44,667 nucleotides of DNA from Bradyrhizobiaceae bacterium (GCA_016793685.1 JAEULX010000146.1:1-44667), one strand, 5' to 3'; shown: positions 28,024 through 37,918, numbered from the stretch's first letter. Numbers and translations: made by a program. The notes: generated from the letters alone by a model not told the origin.

Positions 28024-29196
28024 ATGATTGCTGCAATGCGAGGGTTTGCCGTCCTGGCGACTTGCCTTGTCCTGGCGCTGGGCCAAGCCAAGGCCGAGGA
28101 TTTTGTGCTCGGTTCGCACCTGCCGCTCACCGGTTCGCTGGCTCAGGTTGGCAATGGCATGCACGAGGGCATTCAGGTGGCGGTCGACCTGTTCAACCGC
28201 GAGAACCAAGGGCATCAGGTCAAGCTGAACACCATCGATGACGAGTCCAGCCCGGCGAAGGCGGTGGCCGCCGTCGAGAGGCTGGCCAGCGAAAGGGTCG
28301 TCGCCCTGAGCGGCGGCTACGGTTCGAACATCATCGGCCCGGCGTCGGAAGCCGCCGCCAAGGCCAAGCTCGTCTACATCACCTCCGGCGGCGTCGGACC
28401 GGAACTGTCGCAGCGCGGCCTCGAATACTTTTTCCGTATCAACAACACGGAAGGCTACTCGAAGGCGGTGACCGGGCTCATCGATGACATGGGCGTCAAA
28501 AAGGTCTCCATTGTCTACAACAACAAGGAGGCGACGACCGACCTTGCCCGCACCGTCGAGAAAACCCTGTCGGACGCGGGGATCAAGGTCTCGTCGCTAG
28601 CGTTCGACGGCGGCCACGCGGATTTCAAGCCGCTCATCAACAAGGTTAAGCTTCAGGACCATCCCGATCTCATCCTGATGTCGGGATACGAGAACGACTA
28701 CATCGGCATTCTCCGCGCCGGGAATGTCCTGAAGCCGGACATCAAGGCGATTGTTGGCGTCTGGTCGCTGGCCACCTCCGAGATGAACAATAAGTTCAAC
28801 GATCTCGTTCAATACGTCTACGGAACATCCATGCTGCCGTATCCGGCCGAGTTCGCGACGCCGGAAGCGAAGCTGTTCGCCGAGACCTACGAAAAGCTGT
28901 ACGGCAAGGCTCCCGATTACCTCGGCCAGTTCGGCTACGTGCAGACCCGGCTGCTGCTGCAGGCGGTGCTGCGCGCCGAGAACGACGGCACGCTGGGCAA
29001 GGGCGGGCTCGCCGACGAACTGAGGAAGACGGACGAGGAGACGCTGATCGGCCGCGTGAAGTTCGACAAGAACGGCGACAACCCTGAATTCGCCCAGCGC
29101 ATGGGCCAGCACCAGGGCAACAAGGTCGTTCTCGTCTGGCCGGCCAAAGCAGCCACGGGAAAGATGGTGTTCCCGGCAACGCCCTGGTCGAAGTAG
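28024..29196 (+). CDS. LIV-type ABC transporter substrate-binding protein
   Basis: Signal peptide, LPLTG and DDESSP motifs; followed by two permeases and two ATPases. Confidence 0.92.
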   Translation: MIAAMRGFAVLATCLVLALGQAKAEDFVLGSHLPLTGSLAQVGNGMHEGIQVAVDLFNRENQGHQVKLNTIDDESSPAKAVAAVERLASERVVALSGGYGSNIIGPASEAAAKAKLVYITSGGVGPELSQRGLEYFFRINNTEGYSKAVTGLIDDMGVKKVSIVYNNKEATTDLARTVEKTLSDAGIKVSSLAFDGGHADFKPLINKVKLQDHPDLILMSGYENDYIGILRAGNVLKPDIKAIVGVWSLATSEMNNKFNDLVQYVYGTSMLPYPAEFATPEAKLFAETYEKLYGKAPDYLGQFGYVQTRLLLQAVLRAENDGTLGKGGLADELRKTDEETLIGRVKFDKNGDNPEFAQRMGQHQGNKVVLVWPAKAATGKMVFPATPWSK

Positions 29197-29209
29197 CAAG
29201 ATGGCGCCG

Positions 29210-29236
29210 CCGGACGCCGCGCGGAGCGGCGTCCGG
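29210..29236 (+). terminator. Intercistronic hairpin after the binding-protein gene
   Basis: CCGGACGCCGC-GCGGA-GCGGCGTCCGG, 11-bp perfect stem; no U-tract, so mRNA stabilisation is more likely than termination. Confidence 0.55.
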
Positions 29237-29286
29237 ATGCGGCCTAGATCAACCTGCCTTCGGACGCGGCAGGCATAAGGTGCGCG

Positions 29287-30162
29287 GTGTTTGAACTCGG
29301 TTTGCAGGCGATCTACTCCGGCGTCCTGACGGGCGGTTACTACGCGCTCGTCGCTCTCGGTCTGGCCCTCGTCTTCGGCACGATGAGGGTGATCAACTTG
29401 GCCCACGGCGAGCTTGTCCTGCTCGCCGCGTACGTCGCCTACAGCGCGGAGGTGCACCTTGCCATCTCACCCATCGCGGCCATCCCGCTTTCGCTCGTCG
29501 TCGTTAGTCTGGTGGCGGTTCTCGTCTACGTCCTGCTCAGCCACATCACCAGGGACAGAGAGCTCAATTCCCTGATCCTCACCTATGGCCTCGGCATCGT
29601 GCTCACCAACCTGATGCTGCTGATCTGGTCGGCCGATATCCGCTCGACGACGGCGACATGGTTCCAGGAAGGTGCGGTTCTGGGGGACACGCTCTACAGC
29701 AGCCGGTCTGAGGTCATCTTCTTCCTTGTCAGTCTCGTGCTCGTCGCGGGCCTGTGGTTCTGGCTGACGCGGTCATGGCATGGCCGCGCCGTGCGCGCCG
29801 TCTCTTCCAACCGGGACGCCGCGATGCTGATGGGCGTCAACCCGCGGACGACCGAGGTTCTGTCCTTTCTCGTCGCCGGCCTGCTAGCCACCTTCGCCGG
29901 CATCGCGCTCTACACCGGAAAGACCATTGATCCTCCGCTGGGGCACGCGCTGACCATCAAGGCCTTCATCATTACGGTGCTCGCCGGCATGGGATCGATC
30001 CCCGGCGTCCTGCTGGGGGCGATGCTGATCGGCATCACCGAGGCGCTGACGATTAGCTTCGTCAGCACCTCCCTGCAGGACCTTGCCGGCATGGTGCTCT
30101 TTCTGGCAGTGCTCCTGCTCCGTCCTCAGGGCCTGTTCGGCTTTGGCACGCGAAGGGGCTGA
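29287..30162 (+). CDS. LivH-type ABC permease
   Basis: GLALVFGTMRVINLAHGE, GRAVRAVSSNRDAAMLMGVN. Confidence 0.92.
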   Translation: MFELGLQAIYSGVLTGGYYALVALGLALVFGTMRVINLAHGELVLLAAYVAYSAEVHLAISPIAAIPLSLVVVSLVAVLVYVLLSHITRDRELNSLILTYGLGIVLTNLMLLIWSADIRSTTATWFQEGAVLGDTLYSSRSEVIFFLVSLVLVAGLWFWLTRSWHGRAVRAVSSNRDAAMLMGVNPRTTEVLSFLVAGLLATFAGIALYTGKTIDPPLGHALTIKAFIITVLAGMGSIPGVLLGAMLIGITEALTISFVSTSLQDLAGMVLFLAVLLLRPQGLFGFGTRRG

Positions 30163-31121
30163 TGCAACAGAGAACGATCATAACCATCGGCTTTGTCGTC
30201 CTCTTCTACGGGGCGGTTCCCGCGGCGTTCGGCAGCACCGACTACGTGATAAGCTCCATCGTCGCCGCGCTGACAATCGCCGGTACCGCCGTTGCCTGGG
30301 CTTTGCTCGGCAATCTCGGCGGCATGGTGAGCTTCGGACACGCCGCGTTTTTCGGCGTCGGAGCCTATGTCTCAGCGTTGCTGACCATGAACGCAGGCTG
30401 GCCGGTGTTCGCTGCCATAATCGCCGGAGGCGCGGGTGCGAGTATCGCTTCGGTCGCGATCATGCCGGCGCTTCGCCTTCGCGGCCCCTACTTCGCGCTC
30501 GCCGTTCTGGCCTACGCGGGAATCTTCCGCATCCTCGCGACTGAGATGGAGGGCATCACCCGCGGCGCCGCCGGATTGCTGAGCATCCCGCGATTGCCGA
30601 CCATCCTCGGCTTCGACCTTGGCACCAACATCGGCAGCTACTACGTCATCCTGACGATCGTGCTGGCGGCGATGGCGGCTTACGCCTGGATTAGGCGCAG
30701 CGAAATCGGCTTTGCCCTGCTCGCCATGCATGAGACCGAGGACGCCACACGCATTCTCGGCGTCCCCAGCACCCGGCTCAAGGCGATGATGCTGGTGCTG
30801 TCAGCCTTCATTACAGGAATCGTCGGCGCCTTCAACGCGCATCACATCAGTTTTCTCGATCCGGACTATGCTTTCTCCGGCGTATGGACGGTGCTGCCGA
30901 TCGTCGCCGCGATCTTCGGCGGCTTCCGGACGGTGTCCGGGCCCTTCATCGGCGCACTGGCGATCTACCTGCTCGACCAGTTCGTCTTTAAAAGCCTCCT
31001 CCCGACGGGGCATCAGATCATCCTCGGCGCCGCGCTCGGCACGATGATCCTGCTGAGCCCGGACGGGCTTGTGCCTCTGCTCGGCCGCGGCCTTGGGAAG
31101 AAGCGTCATGCTGCGACTTGA
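30162..31121 (+). CDS. LivM-type ABC permease
   Basis: GMVSFGHAAFFGVGAY, LRLRGPYFA. Confidence 0.92.
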   Translation: MQQRTIITIGFVVLFYGAVPAAFGSTDYVISSIVAALTIAGTAVAWALLGNLGGMVSFGHAAFFGVGAYVSALLTMNAGWPVFAAIIAGGAGASIASVAIMPALRLRGPYFALAVLAYAGIFRILATEMEGITRGAAGLLSIPRLPTILGFDLGTNIGSYYVILTIVLAAMAAYAWIRRSEIGFALLAMHETEDATRILGVPSTRLKAMMLVLSAFITGIVGAFNAHHISFLDPDYAFSGVWTVLPIVAAIFGGFRTVSGPFIGALAIYLLDQFVFKSLLPTGHQIILGAALGTMILLSPDGLVPLLGRGLGKKRHAAT

Positions 31122-31824
31122 GAACATCACAGTCGGGTTCGGTGGGCTTACCGCCCTCGCCAACGTCACTCTGGAGGTCGGCGCGCGTGAGTTGGTCGGG
31201 CTCGTCGGTCCGAACGGCGCGGGCAAGACCACCCTGTTCAACGTGATTTCAGGCTTAGCGCGTCCGAAAGCGGGGACGGCGAGCTTCAACTCGGTGAACC
31301 TGCTGCGCAAGCCCGTTCAGGCGCGTGCGCGCATCGGCATCGCTCGCACGTTCCAGATCCCGCAGCCTCTGCATGAGCTGACGGTCCGCCAGAACCTGAT
31401 CGTCGCTCAGACGTTCGGCGCAGGGCACCGGAACGCCCGGCGCATCGACGAGATTCTCGATTTCATCGGCCTGAAGCGCAAGGCGGAGGAGAATGCCGCC
31501 GACGGCCTGGCGCTGAGCGAACACAAGGCGCTCGAGGTCGGCAAGGCGCTGGCGACCGAGCCAAAGCTGATCCTGCTCGACGAGGTCCTCGCTGGGCTGG
31601 AAACAGCCGGCAAGCGACAGTTCATGCAAACGCTCAAACGCATGCACCAGGAGGCCGGTCTCGCGATCATTATCATCGAGCACGATATCGAAACCATCCT
31701 GGCCCTATGCCAGCGCGCTGTTGTGCTCGACTTCGGCAAGGTGATCGCCGACCAGACGCCGGAGGAGATCTTCCGCAACCCGGCCGTGATGAGGAGCTAT
31801 ACCGGTGCAACACCCGGCGCTTGA
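31108..31824 (+). CDS. LivG-type ABC ATPase
   Basis: GPNGAGKTT, GIARTFQ, LLDE; ATG at 31108. Confidence 0.92.
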   Translation: MLRLENITVGFGGLTALANVTLEVGARELVGLVGPNGAGKTTLFNVISGLARPKAGTASFNSVNLLRKPVQARARIGIARTFQIPQPLHELTVRQNLIVAQTFGAGHRNARRIDEILDFIGLKRKAEENAADGLALSEHKALEVGKALATEPKLILLDEVLAGLETAGKRQFMQTLKRMHQEAGLAIIIIEHDIETILALCQRAVVLDFGKVIADQTPEEIFRNPAVMRSYTGATPGA

Positions 31825-32530
31825 GGTCAGGGAGGTTCAGGCGGGCTACGGCCCCATCAACGTCCTGTGGGATGTAAGCGCGGCGGCTCGGGCCGGCACG
31901 ACGACGACAATCCTCGGGCCGAACGGCGCGGGCAAGACGACACTGCTGCGCGCGATCATGGGACTAGTCAAGGTCCGCAGCGGCGCCATCGAGATCGATG
32001 GACAACCCCGCACCGGCAACGCGACCTGGGACATGGTCCGCGACGGGGTGATCCTGGTGCCCGAGGGCCGGTTGATCTTTCGCGACATGACGGTCGAGGA
32101 CAACCTTCTGATGGGAGCCTATCCCGCGCGCAGCAGGCCGCGCGCAGCAAGCAATCTGGACGACGTCTACCAGCTCCTCCCGCGCCTGAAGGAGCGGCGC
32201 CGGCAGCTCGCTGGTTCACTATCAGGCGGCGAGGCACAGATGGTCGCCATCGGTCGGGGATTAATGGAAGAGCCGCAGATCTTCCTGATCGATGAGCCGT
32301 CCCTTGGTCTTGCACCGGTAGTCGTCGACGAGATATTCGCCATCCTGAGAAAGCAGAAGGAGCTCGGCCGCACGATCGTCCTCGTCGAGCAGAACACGCA
32401 CATGGCCCTTTCGCTCGCCGACCACGTCTACCTGATGCAGAGCGGCAGGATCATTCTGTCCAGGACCGCAGGCGAGATTGATATCAACCACCTTCACGAT
32501 CTTTATTTCGCGCGCGAGACGGCGACGTGA
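31805..32530 (+). CDS. LivF-type ABC ATPase
   Basis: GPNGAGKTT, LSGGE, DEPSLGLAP, LVEQN. Confidence 0.92.
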   Translation: MQHPALEVREVQAGYGPINVLWDVSAAARAGTTTTILGPNGAGKTTLLRAIMGLVKVRSGAIEIDGQPRTGNATWDMVRDGVILVPEGRLIFRDMTVEDNLLMGAYPARSRPRAASNLDDVYQLLPRLKERRRQLAGSLSGGEAQMVAIGRGLMEEPQIFLIDEPSLGLAPVVVDEIFAILRKQKELGRTIVLVEQNTHMALSLADHVYLMQSGRIILSRTAGEIDINHLHDLYFARETAT

Positions 32531-32949
32531 TGGCCGATGCAGGTGGCGGCACGGGCTTTCAGGAGCTTATGGGCTACCGCCTGACCGACTGGCGGGAGGA
32601 TCTGGCGATCCTCGAGCTCGCACTCGGCGAACGCCATCTGAACCGGAGTGGCGTTATCCACGGCGGCGTGCTGATGTCGCTCCTGGACACCGCCTGCGGC
32701 TACGCCGGCTGCTTCTGTCCGGAACCGGGGCGGGTGCGCCGCGCCATGACCCTGTCGCTGACGGCAAACTTCGTGGCCCAGGTCAAAGGCGGCATCCTCA
32801 CGGCGGTTGGGCGCAAGCGCCCCGGCGGCGGCAGGATCTTCTTTTGCGATGGCGAGATCCGCGATGAGGGCCACACTGTCGTTGCCGTGGGCGTTGCGAC
32901 ATTCCGCTACCGCCAGGGTAGCGAACACATGTCGGGCGTCGCATCGTGA
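32527..32949 (+). CDS. PaaI-family hotdog thioesterase
   Basis: HLNRSGVIHGGVLMSLLDTACG motif. Confidence 0.88.
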   Translation: MMADAGGGTGFQELMGYRLTDWREDLAILELALGERHLNRSGVIHGGVLMSLLDTACGYAGCFCPEPGRVRRAMTLSLTANFVAQVKGGILTAVGRKRPGGGRIFFCDGEIRDEGHTVVAVGVATFRYRQGSEHMSGVAS

Positions 32950-33989
32950 CTGTCCGACGCGCAGAGGAAGGCAAACCAGTTCAATTCAACACCCGCCTCA
33001 ACGCGCTCTTCGCGACCCGCCTGCCCATCGTCGCGGGCGGCTTGCAATGGCTGTCGAAGGCCGAGTACGTCGCGGCGGCGGTGAACGCCGGGGTGATGGG
33101 CTTCATTACCGCAGCCAGCTTCCCCGATGACGCGACGCTTCGCGCGGAGATCCGCCGCTGCCGGGAGCTGACGGGCGGCCGGGACTTTGGCGTCAACGTC
33201 TCGATGTTGCCAAAGCTCCCCAGCGGCGACCGGACCGACAGGATCATCGACATTGTCATTGACGAGGGTGTGCCGTTTGTTGAGACCTCCGGACGCAGTC
33301 CCGAGCTTTACGTCCGCCGTCTGCACGCTGCCGGTACCAGAATTATCCACAAGGTTCCTGCGGTCCGCTTCGCGCGCAAGGCAGAAGCGGTAGGCGTTGA
33401 CGCGGTGAGTGTGGTCGGCGCCGAATGCGGCGGCCATCCAGGAATGGACCTAATCGGTACCTTCGTCCAGGCAGCGATCGCCGCAAAATCCCTGTCAATC
33501 CCGCTCGCCGTCGGCGGCGGCGTCGGGACCGGCGCTCACCTGGTCGCGGCGCTTGCGCTCGGCGCGGACGGAGTGCTGATTGGTACGCGCTTTCTCGTCT
33601 CGGCCGAAATTCCCGCCCATCCAGACTACAAGCGCCACCTCGTTGAAGCGACGGAGACGGGAACCGACCTGATCCTCGCCTCTTTGCGCAATACCGCACG
33701 GGTGCTGCGCAACGAGACTGCCCGGATTGTTCGGGATCTGGAGATTCGCGGCGCCGGCGATATCGAAACGCTGCTGCCCTATGTCTCCGGCGAGGTCGGC
33801 CGCGAGGCTTACCGCACCGGCAAGGTTTCGCAAGGCGCGCTGTCGCTCGGCCAGTCCGTCGTCTTCGCCGACAGGGTCGAGCCGCTGGCGGACATCGTCG
33901 CTCGGATTGAGCGGGAGGCCACGGACGCGTTGGACCGCCTGGCGACACAATGCGGACGCGTCGCGAGGGAGAACGATCATGGGCTTTGA
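32946..33989 (+). CDS. Nitronate monooxygenase / FabK-like flavin oxidoreductase
   Basis: PIVAGGL, FGVNVSM, ECGGHPG, ALALGADGVLIGTRF. Confidence 0.87.
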   Translation: MTVRRAEEGKPVQFNTRLNALFATRLPIVAGGLQWLSKAEYVAAAVNAGVMGFITAASFPDDATLRAEIRRCRELTGGRDFGVNVSMLPKLPSGDRTDRIIDIVIDEGVPFVETSGRSPELYVRRLHAAGTRIIHKVPAVRFARKAEAVGVDAVSVVGAECGGHPGMDLIGTFVQAAIAAKSLSIPLAVGGGVGTGAHLVAALALGADGVLIGTRFLVSAEIPAHPDYKRHLVEATETGTDLILASLRNTARVLRNETARIVRDLEIRGAGDIETLLPYVSGEVGREAYRTGKVSQGALSLGQSVVFADRVEPLADIVARIEREATDALDRLATQCGRVARENDHGL

Positions 33990-34803
33990 GGACATCCTGG
34001 TGCACCTGGACAGCGCCAGCCGCTCCGAGGTTCGGCTGGACGTCGCCGCCGGGCTCGCCCAACGGTTCGCTGCGCGGCTGACGGGGCTGTTCGGCGAGAG
34101 CGCCGCACACGCCCTGAGCATCGCTACGCGCGACCCGGAACGGGAATTGGCCGAGGCCATCGCCGACGCCGAGGCTCTGTTTCGGCGCAGGACCCAGGCA
34201 AGTGCATTTCAAAGTGACTGGCACGCGCTCGCCACGGTGAACGATACGGAGCTCTTAAAGCAGACGGTCTTCGCAGCCCGGCATGCCGATTTGACCGTCC
34301 TTGGCCAACACGATCCGGAGCTGAAATCCATCGGTGTGCCCGCCGACTTTGCCGAGCAGATCGTTTTGCATTCCGGCCGGCCCGTGCTGGTCGTCCCCTT
34401 CGCCGGTGACTTCGAGGCCATCGGCAAGCGAATCGTCGTCGCCTGGAACGCCAGCAGGGAAGCCGCGCGGGCGCTGGCCGACGCAATGCCGCTGCTGGCA
34501 AAAGCGGAGCGCATCACGCTCATCGCAATCAATCCTGCTAAGATTGAACTGCCGTATGGTCACGAACACTTCACGGCCCTGATCGCACACCTTGCCGTGC
34601 ACGGAATAGACGCGCGCACGGAGCGGCTCGCCGCCGGCGATGTCGGGGCGATGGACCTCCTGCTGTCGCGCCTAACGGACGAAGCGGCTGATCTTCTTGT
34701 TTTGGGCGCGCACGGCCAGTACGGCTTTCCGTACCTCCATCGCGGCGGCGCGACGCGGCACATCTTGCGTCACATGACGGTACCGGTGCTGATGTCGAAT
34801 TAA
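33979..34803 (+). CDS. Universal stress protein (tandem UspA)
   Basis: ILVHLD, SGRPVLVVP, VAWNASREAARAL, LVLGAHG...GGATRHILRHMTVPVLMS; ATG at 33979. Confidence 0.9.
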   Translation: MGFEDILVHLDSASRSEVRLDVAAGLAQRFAARLTGLFGESAAHALSIATRDPERELAEAIADAEALFRRRTQASAFQSDWHALATVNDTELLKQTVFAARHADLTVLGQHDPELKSIGVPADFAEQIVLHSGRPVLVVPFAGDFEAIGKRIVVAWNASREAARALADAMPLLAKAERITLIAINPAKIELPYGHEHFTALIAHLAVHGIDARTERLAAGDVGAMDLLLSRLTDEAADLLVLGAHGQYGFPYLHRGGATRHILRHMTVPVLMSN

Positions 34804-34903
34804 GCCCCCCGCTTCCTGGCTTCATGAAAGGGCCGGAGGTCCCATCATCGAACATCCGGGCACGCAACGCGCCAGCTCAAGCGCCGTCCGGCCGTGTCCT
34901 ATT

Positions 34904-34931
34904 GCATAACATAACGTCCTTTATGTTATTC
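34904..34931. other. dif-like tyrosine-recombinase crossover site
   Basis: GCATAACATAA-CGTCCT-TTATGTTATTC: 11-6-11 layout with inverted arms; the right arm matches the first 8 nt of the XerD arm TTATGTTAAAT. Confidence 0.6.
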
Positions 34932-34958
34932 AGCGGGTTACACGTTATCTCTGGCTTC

Positions 34959-35912
34959 CTACTCGTCGTAATACTCTGAACGCTCCCAATCTGAATCTTC
35001 GTCGAGTCCTTGTGATCGTCGCCTGACACGGGCGGCAAATTCATGGTAGTCGATAGTTTTCGCCGCGAAATCGGCAAGCAAGTCCTTGTATTGCTCAAAC
35101 AACTGGCGCGCTCGCGGCATAACCCGTGGCAGGTTAGTCCCGATGAATTTCAGAAGGCGGCTATCCGGCTCATTTCCCACCCGTATGTCATGGTAGCCAA
35201 GAAGTCGCTTGTCCCGCGCCTCTTCCGCCAGCCTGGAGTCAGCCTCCGGCAGGAGCTGGTTATACGTCTGGTGGAACACTACACCACAGGTTGATAGCAC
35301 CTTGAACGTGACAAACGGGATGCGGCGACCTACGAGCACCGGCACGCAATCCAAAGCTACGGCCTTGTCCAGTAGCTCCGCGACTTCCTCGCGGTCAGGG
35401 TATAGCCACTCGCGCACGTTTTTGGCTTCGATGCCCGCCCATCCCGCTTCCTGATGGCGGACTAGAAAATCCAGCCGCTGTTTCCCTTGTAGGCACCGGC
35501 CGCTCATCGATTGCGGAGGTTCTTCTTTTGAATACTGCTGGCTGTCATCGTGGTCGTCCAGGTTGGTAAACCTGCCGAGATACTCGAGGTTGTTCTGGCG
35601 CAGGAGAGCTCTGTAGATCGCAATTTCGAGACACTGACCGACTCGTGATCCCGTGTTGCCGTGCTGGAGGGCGCGAAACACCGGCAGTTGTTCGTTTAGC
35701 CTCTCTTGCACGGTGGTGTTTGGTGTACTGGCCAAGTGGAACCAGGGCGCGTTGTGTTCGTAGAGCTTGACAATTTGCCCCTGCTTGACGAGGGCGTTGC
35801 GCACAGGAGTAAGTACATGCGGATCGATACGCTGGTTGAAAGGCCCGGCGTCAGAGATCTTCTGTTCCAGGGTCCGCGCGGCGGCGATCCCGTGTCGGCC
35901 GAGTATCCGCAC
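34959..35912 (-). CDS. Hypothetical protein with PD-(D/E)XK-like nuclease motif
   Basis: 317+ aa; GQCLE ... RLDFLV ... GIEAKN fits the restriction-endonuclease fold; frame stays open upstream to a CTG at 35954 preceded by GGAGG. Confidence 0.75.
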   Translation of the reverse strand: MRILGRHGIAAARTLEQKISDAGPFNQRIDPHVLTPVRNALVKQGQIVKLYEHNAPWFHLASTPNTTVQERLNEQLPVFRALQHGNTGSRVGQCLEIAIYRALLRQNNLEYLGRFTNLDDHDDSQQYSKEEPPQSMSGRCLQGKQRLDFLVRHQEAGWAGIEAKNVREWLYPDREEVAELLDKAVALDCVPVLVGRRIPFVTFKVLSTCGVVFHQTYNQLLPEADSRLAEEARDKRLLGYHDIRVGNEPDSRLLKFIGTNLPRVMPRARQLFEQYKDLLADFAAKTIDYHEFAARVRRRSQGLDEDSDWERSEYYDE

Positions 35913-36190
35913 GAGGCGCGTCCGAGCGATTTCCCTCCTTGCGGCTTGCTGCAGCGGCGCCCCTCCCCGCGAGCGTGCGCCGCAGTCTGGGGCGAGAGCT
36001 CGTCAGGCTTTTATATAGATGTAGTAGTATGCCTGGGCTGGCAGGCTGTCGAGTTGGCGATTTGCCGAGGACGCAGAGGTGTCTTGCCGGGGGCGGCTTT
36101 CATGCTGCGGATAGCATATGATACAACTTTTAGCCGACACAATGCGCGTTGACGCGCTTATAGATAGTCTTCGCCTCTATTTTTTCGCAA

Positions 36191-37171
36191 TTAGTAGCTC
36201 ACCTTAAACGTCGGGCTGTCTTCCGGCCGTGACTTCCGCCGATCATAGAGCCTGGTCGTCGCAATGTTCGCGTGGCCAAACCATTCCTGCACCTTGGCGA
36301 TGTCGGCGTTGTTGAGCAGCGCATTGGTGCCCGCCGTGGCGCGGAGCGCATGGGCGCCCATGCCCTCGATGTCGCCAAGCCCGATCTGGCGCATGTAGGC
36401 GAGCACGACCTTGTAGACGCCGTCGGTCGTCATCGCCTTGTCGATGCCGCCGGCGCGGTTGTTGCGCACCGGCTTGAACAGGGGAGAGCCGGGCACGCCG
36501 CCATGGCCAAGGGCCTCGACGTACTCGGAGAGCAGCACGGCCGTGCCGGGGTGGAGGGGCAAGTAGCGGATCTTGTCGCCCTTGCCGTGGATGCGGAGGT
36601 GGGCGACGCCGCGCCTCTGGGTCACGTCCTTGACCAAGAGCCGGCACAGCTCCTCCCGCCGTAGCCCGTGGTAGAGGAATGTGGAGAGGATGGCGCGGTC
36701 GCGCTTGCCCTTGAGGGTCGTCGCATCGGGTGCAGCGAGGAGCGCCCGGGCTTGGTGGTCGCCCAGCGCCGGGGTTTTGCCCTCGTTGTTGTCGGCGCGC
36801 GGGCGCTTGACGCCCTTGACCGGGTTATGGCTGACGGCGTTCCGTTCGCAGAGGGACTCGAACAGCGAGGAGAGTGCGGCGAGCTTGCGGCGGATGGTGG
36901 AGCCGGCGAGCGCACGCTCCTCGAGGGCCTTGCGCCAGGCAATCACGTGCGAGCGGGTGACGACGCGGAACTCGTCGGGGCTGCGGATGCCGACGAAGGC
37001 CATGAAGTCGCGCAGATCGATCCGGTAGGCGCGCCGGGTTTTCTCATTGTCGATGTTGGCGAACCACTCGACCTCGGGCGGGACGTTGGCGAGGTCATGG
37101 AACTCGGCGCGGCTCAAGAGCCGCGGCGTCATCACCGCTAGATTTTTGCTGTCGCTTTCGTCCGTCTCCAT
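36191..37171 (-). CDS. Tyrosine recombinase (XerD-like plasmid resolvase/integrase)
   Basis: GLRREE (R), GKGDK (K), HALR (H-x-x-R), [11 protein letters not shown] (H, Y); N-terminal core-binding domain. Confidence 0.95.
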   Translation of the reverse strand: METDESDSKNLAVMTPRLLSRAEFHDLANVPPEVEWFANIDNEKTRRAYRIDLRDFMAFVGIRSPDEFRVVTRSHVIAWRKALEERALAGSTIRRKLAALSSLFESLCERNAVSHNPVKGVKRPRADNNEGKTPALGDHQARALLAAPDATTLKGKRDRAILSTFLYHGLRREELCRLLVKDVTQRRGVAHLRIHGKGDKIRYLPLHPGTAVLLSEYVEALGHGGVPGSPLFKPVRNNRAGGIDKAMTTDGVYKVVLAYMRQIGLGDIEGMGAHALRATAGTNALLNNADIAKVQEWFGHANIATTRLYDRRKSRPEDSPTFKVSY

Positions 37172-37182
37172 CCCCCCACTTT

Positions 37183-37210
37183 ACTATTGATAACATATTT
37201 TATCAAGATT
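37183..37210. promoter_or_regulatory. Palindromic recombinase-type site/operator just upstream of the recombinase gene
   Basis: TTGATAA-CATATT-TTATCAA (37187-37206): inverted arms around a 6-bp spacer. Confidence 0.55.
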
Positions 37211-37294
37211 GTTTTCCCGTCGCCGGCGCGCCGCCCTGGCCATTCCGCAGCGAAGCGGCTATATTTCTTCCACGACATTGGAAGGATTTTTGAG

Positions 37295-37918
37295 ATGGCC
37301 ATGGCGCGGTTGAATCAGGCCCTGACGGCCACCGAGGCGGGCGTCGTCACCGGCGTGCCGCTGAAGCAGGTTCATCGGATCATCGACGCCGGCCTTCTCG
37401 ATGGCCGGGTCGAGACCCGAAAGGGCGGCCGGGTCATCGTCGGCAGCGGCCTGCTCGGGCTGAGGCTGGCCTATGTGACGGCCGAGATCCTGACGCTCGA
37501 GGCCCGGCGCCGGGTGATCGGGTCGGTGCTGCGCGAGCCCCAAACGACGCTGGTTCGCGACCGGGCGGTGACGGTCGAGCTGCGGCCGATCGAGGCCGAG
37601 GTGGAGCAGGGGCTGGGCACCCTGGACCGGGCACGGGCGATGGTGACGATCGACAAGGCCGTCCTCGGCGGCACGCCCTGCATCGGCGGGACGCGGGTGC
37701 TGGTCCACGACATCGCGGACATGCTCGCGAACGGAGACAGCGCGGTGGCGATCCTCAAGGCCTGGCCGCAGCTCACCGCCGATCAAGTCGAGCTGGCGGC
37801 GGTCTATGCCGCGGCCTATCCGCGGCGCGGCCGGCCGCGCCGCACACCGGCTTGGCGGAAGGCGTCACCGAAATTCTCGCGGAGCCTGCGCCTCGATGAG
37901 CTGCCGTCCGCCTCGTGA
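37295..37918 (+). CDS. DUF433-containing antitoxin with N-terminal DNA-binding domain
   Basis: VLGGTPCIGGTRVLVHDI...ILKAWPQLTADQVELAAVYA is the DUF433 signature; GTGA-coupled to the PIN gene. Confidence 0.85.
   Translation: MAMARLNQALTATEAGVVTGVPLKQVHRIIDAGLLDGRVETRKGGRVIVGSGLLGLRLAYVTAEILTLEARRRVIGSVLREPQTTLVRDRAVTVELRPIEAEVEQGLGTLDRARAMVTIDKAVLGGTPCIGGTRVLVHDIADMLANGDSAVAILKAWPQLTADQVELAAVYAAAYPRRGRPRRTPAWRKASPKFSRSLRLDELPSAS

Noticed and set aside
36191-37171. Recombinase as an integron integrase or ICE/prophage integrase
   Set aside because: No IntI-specific insertion, attC array, tRNA att site or phage genes seen; rep/par/iterons indicate a plasmid.
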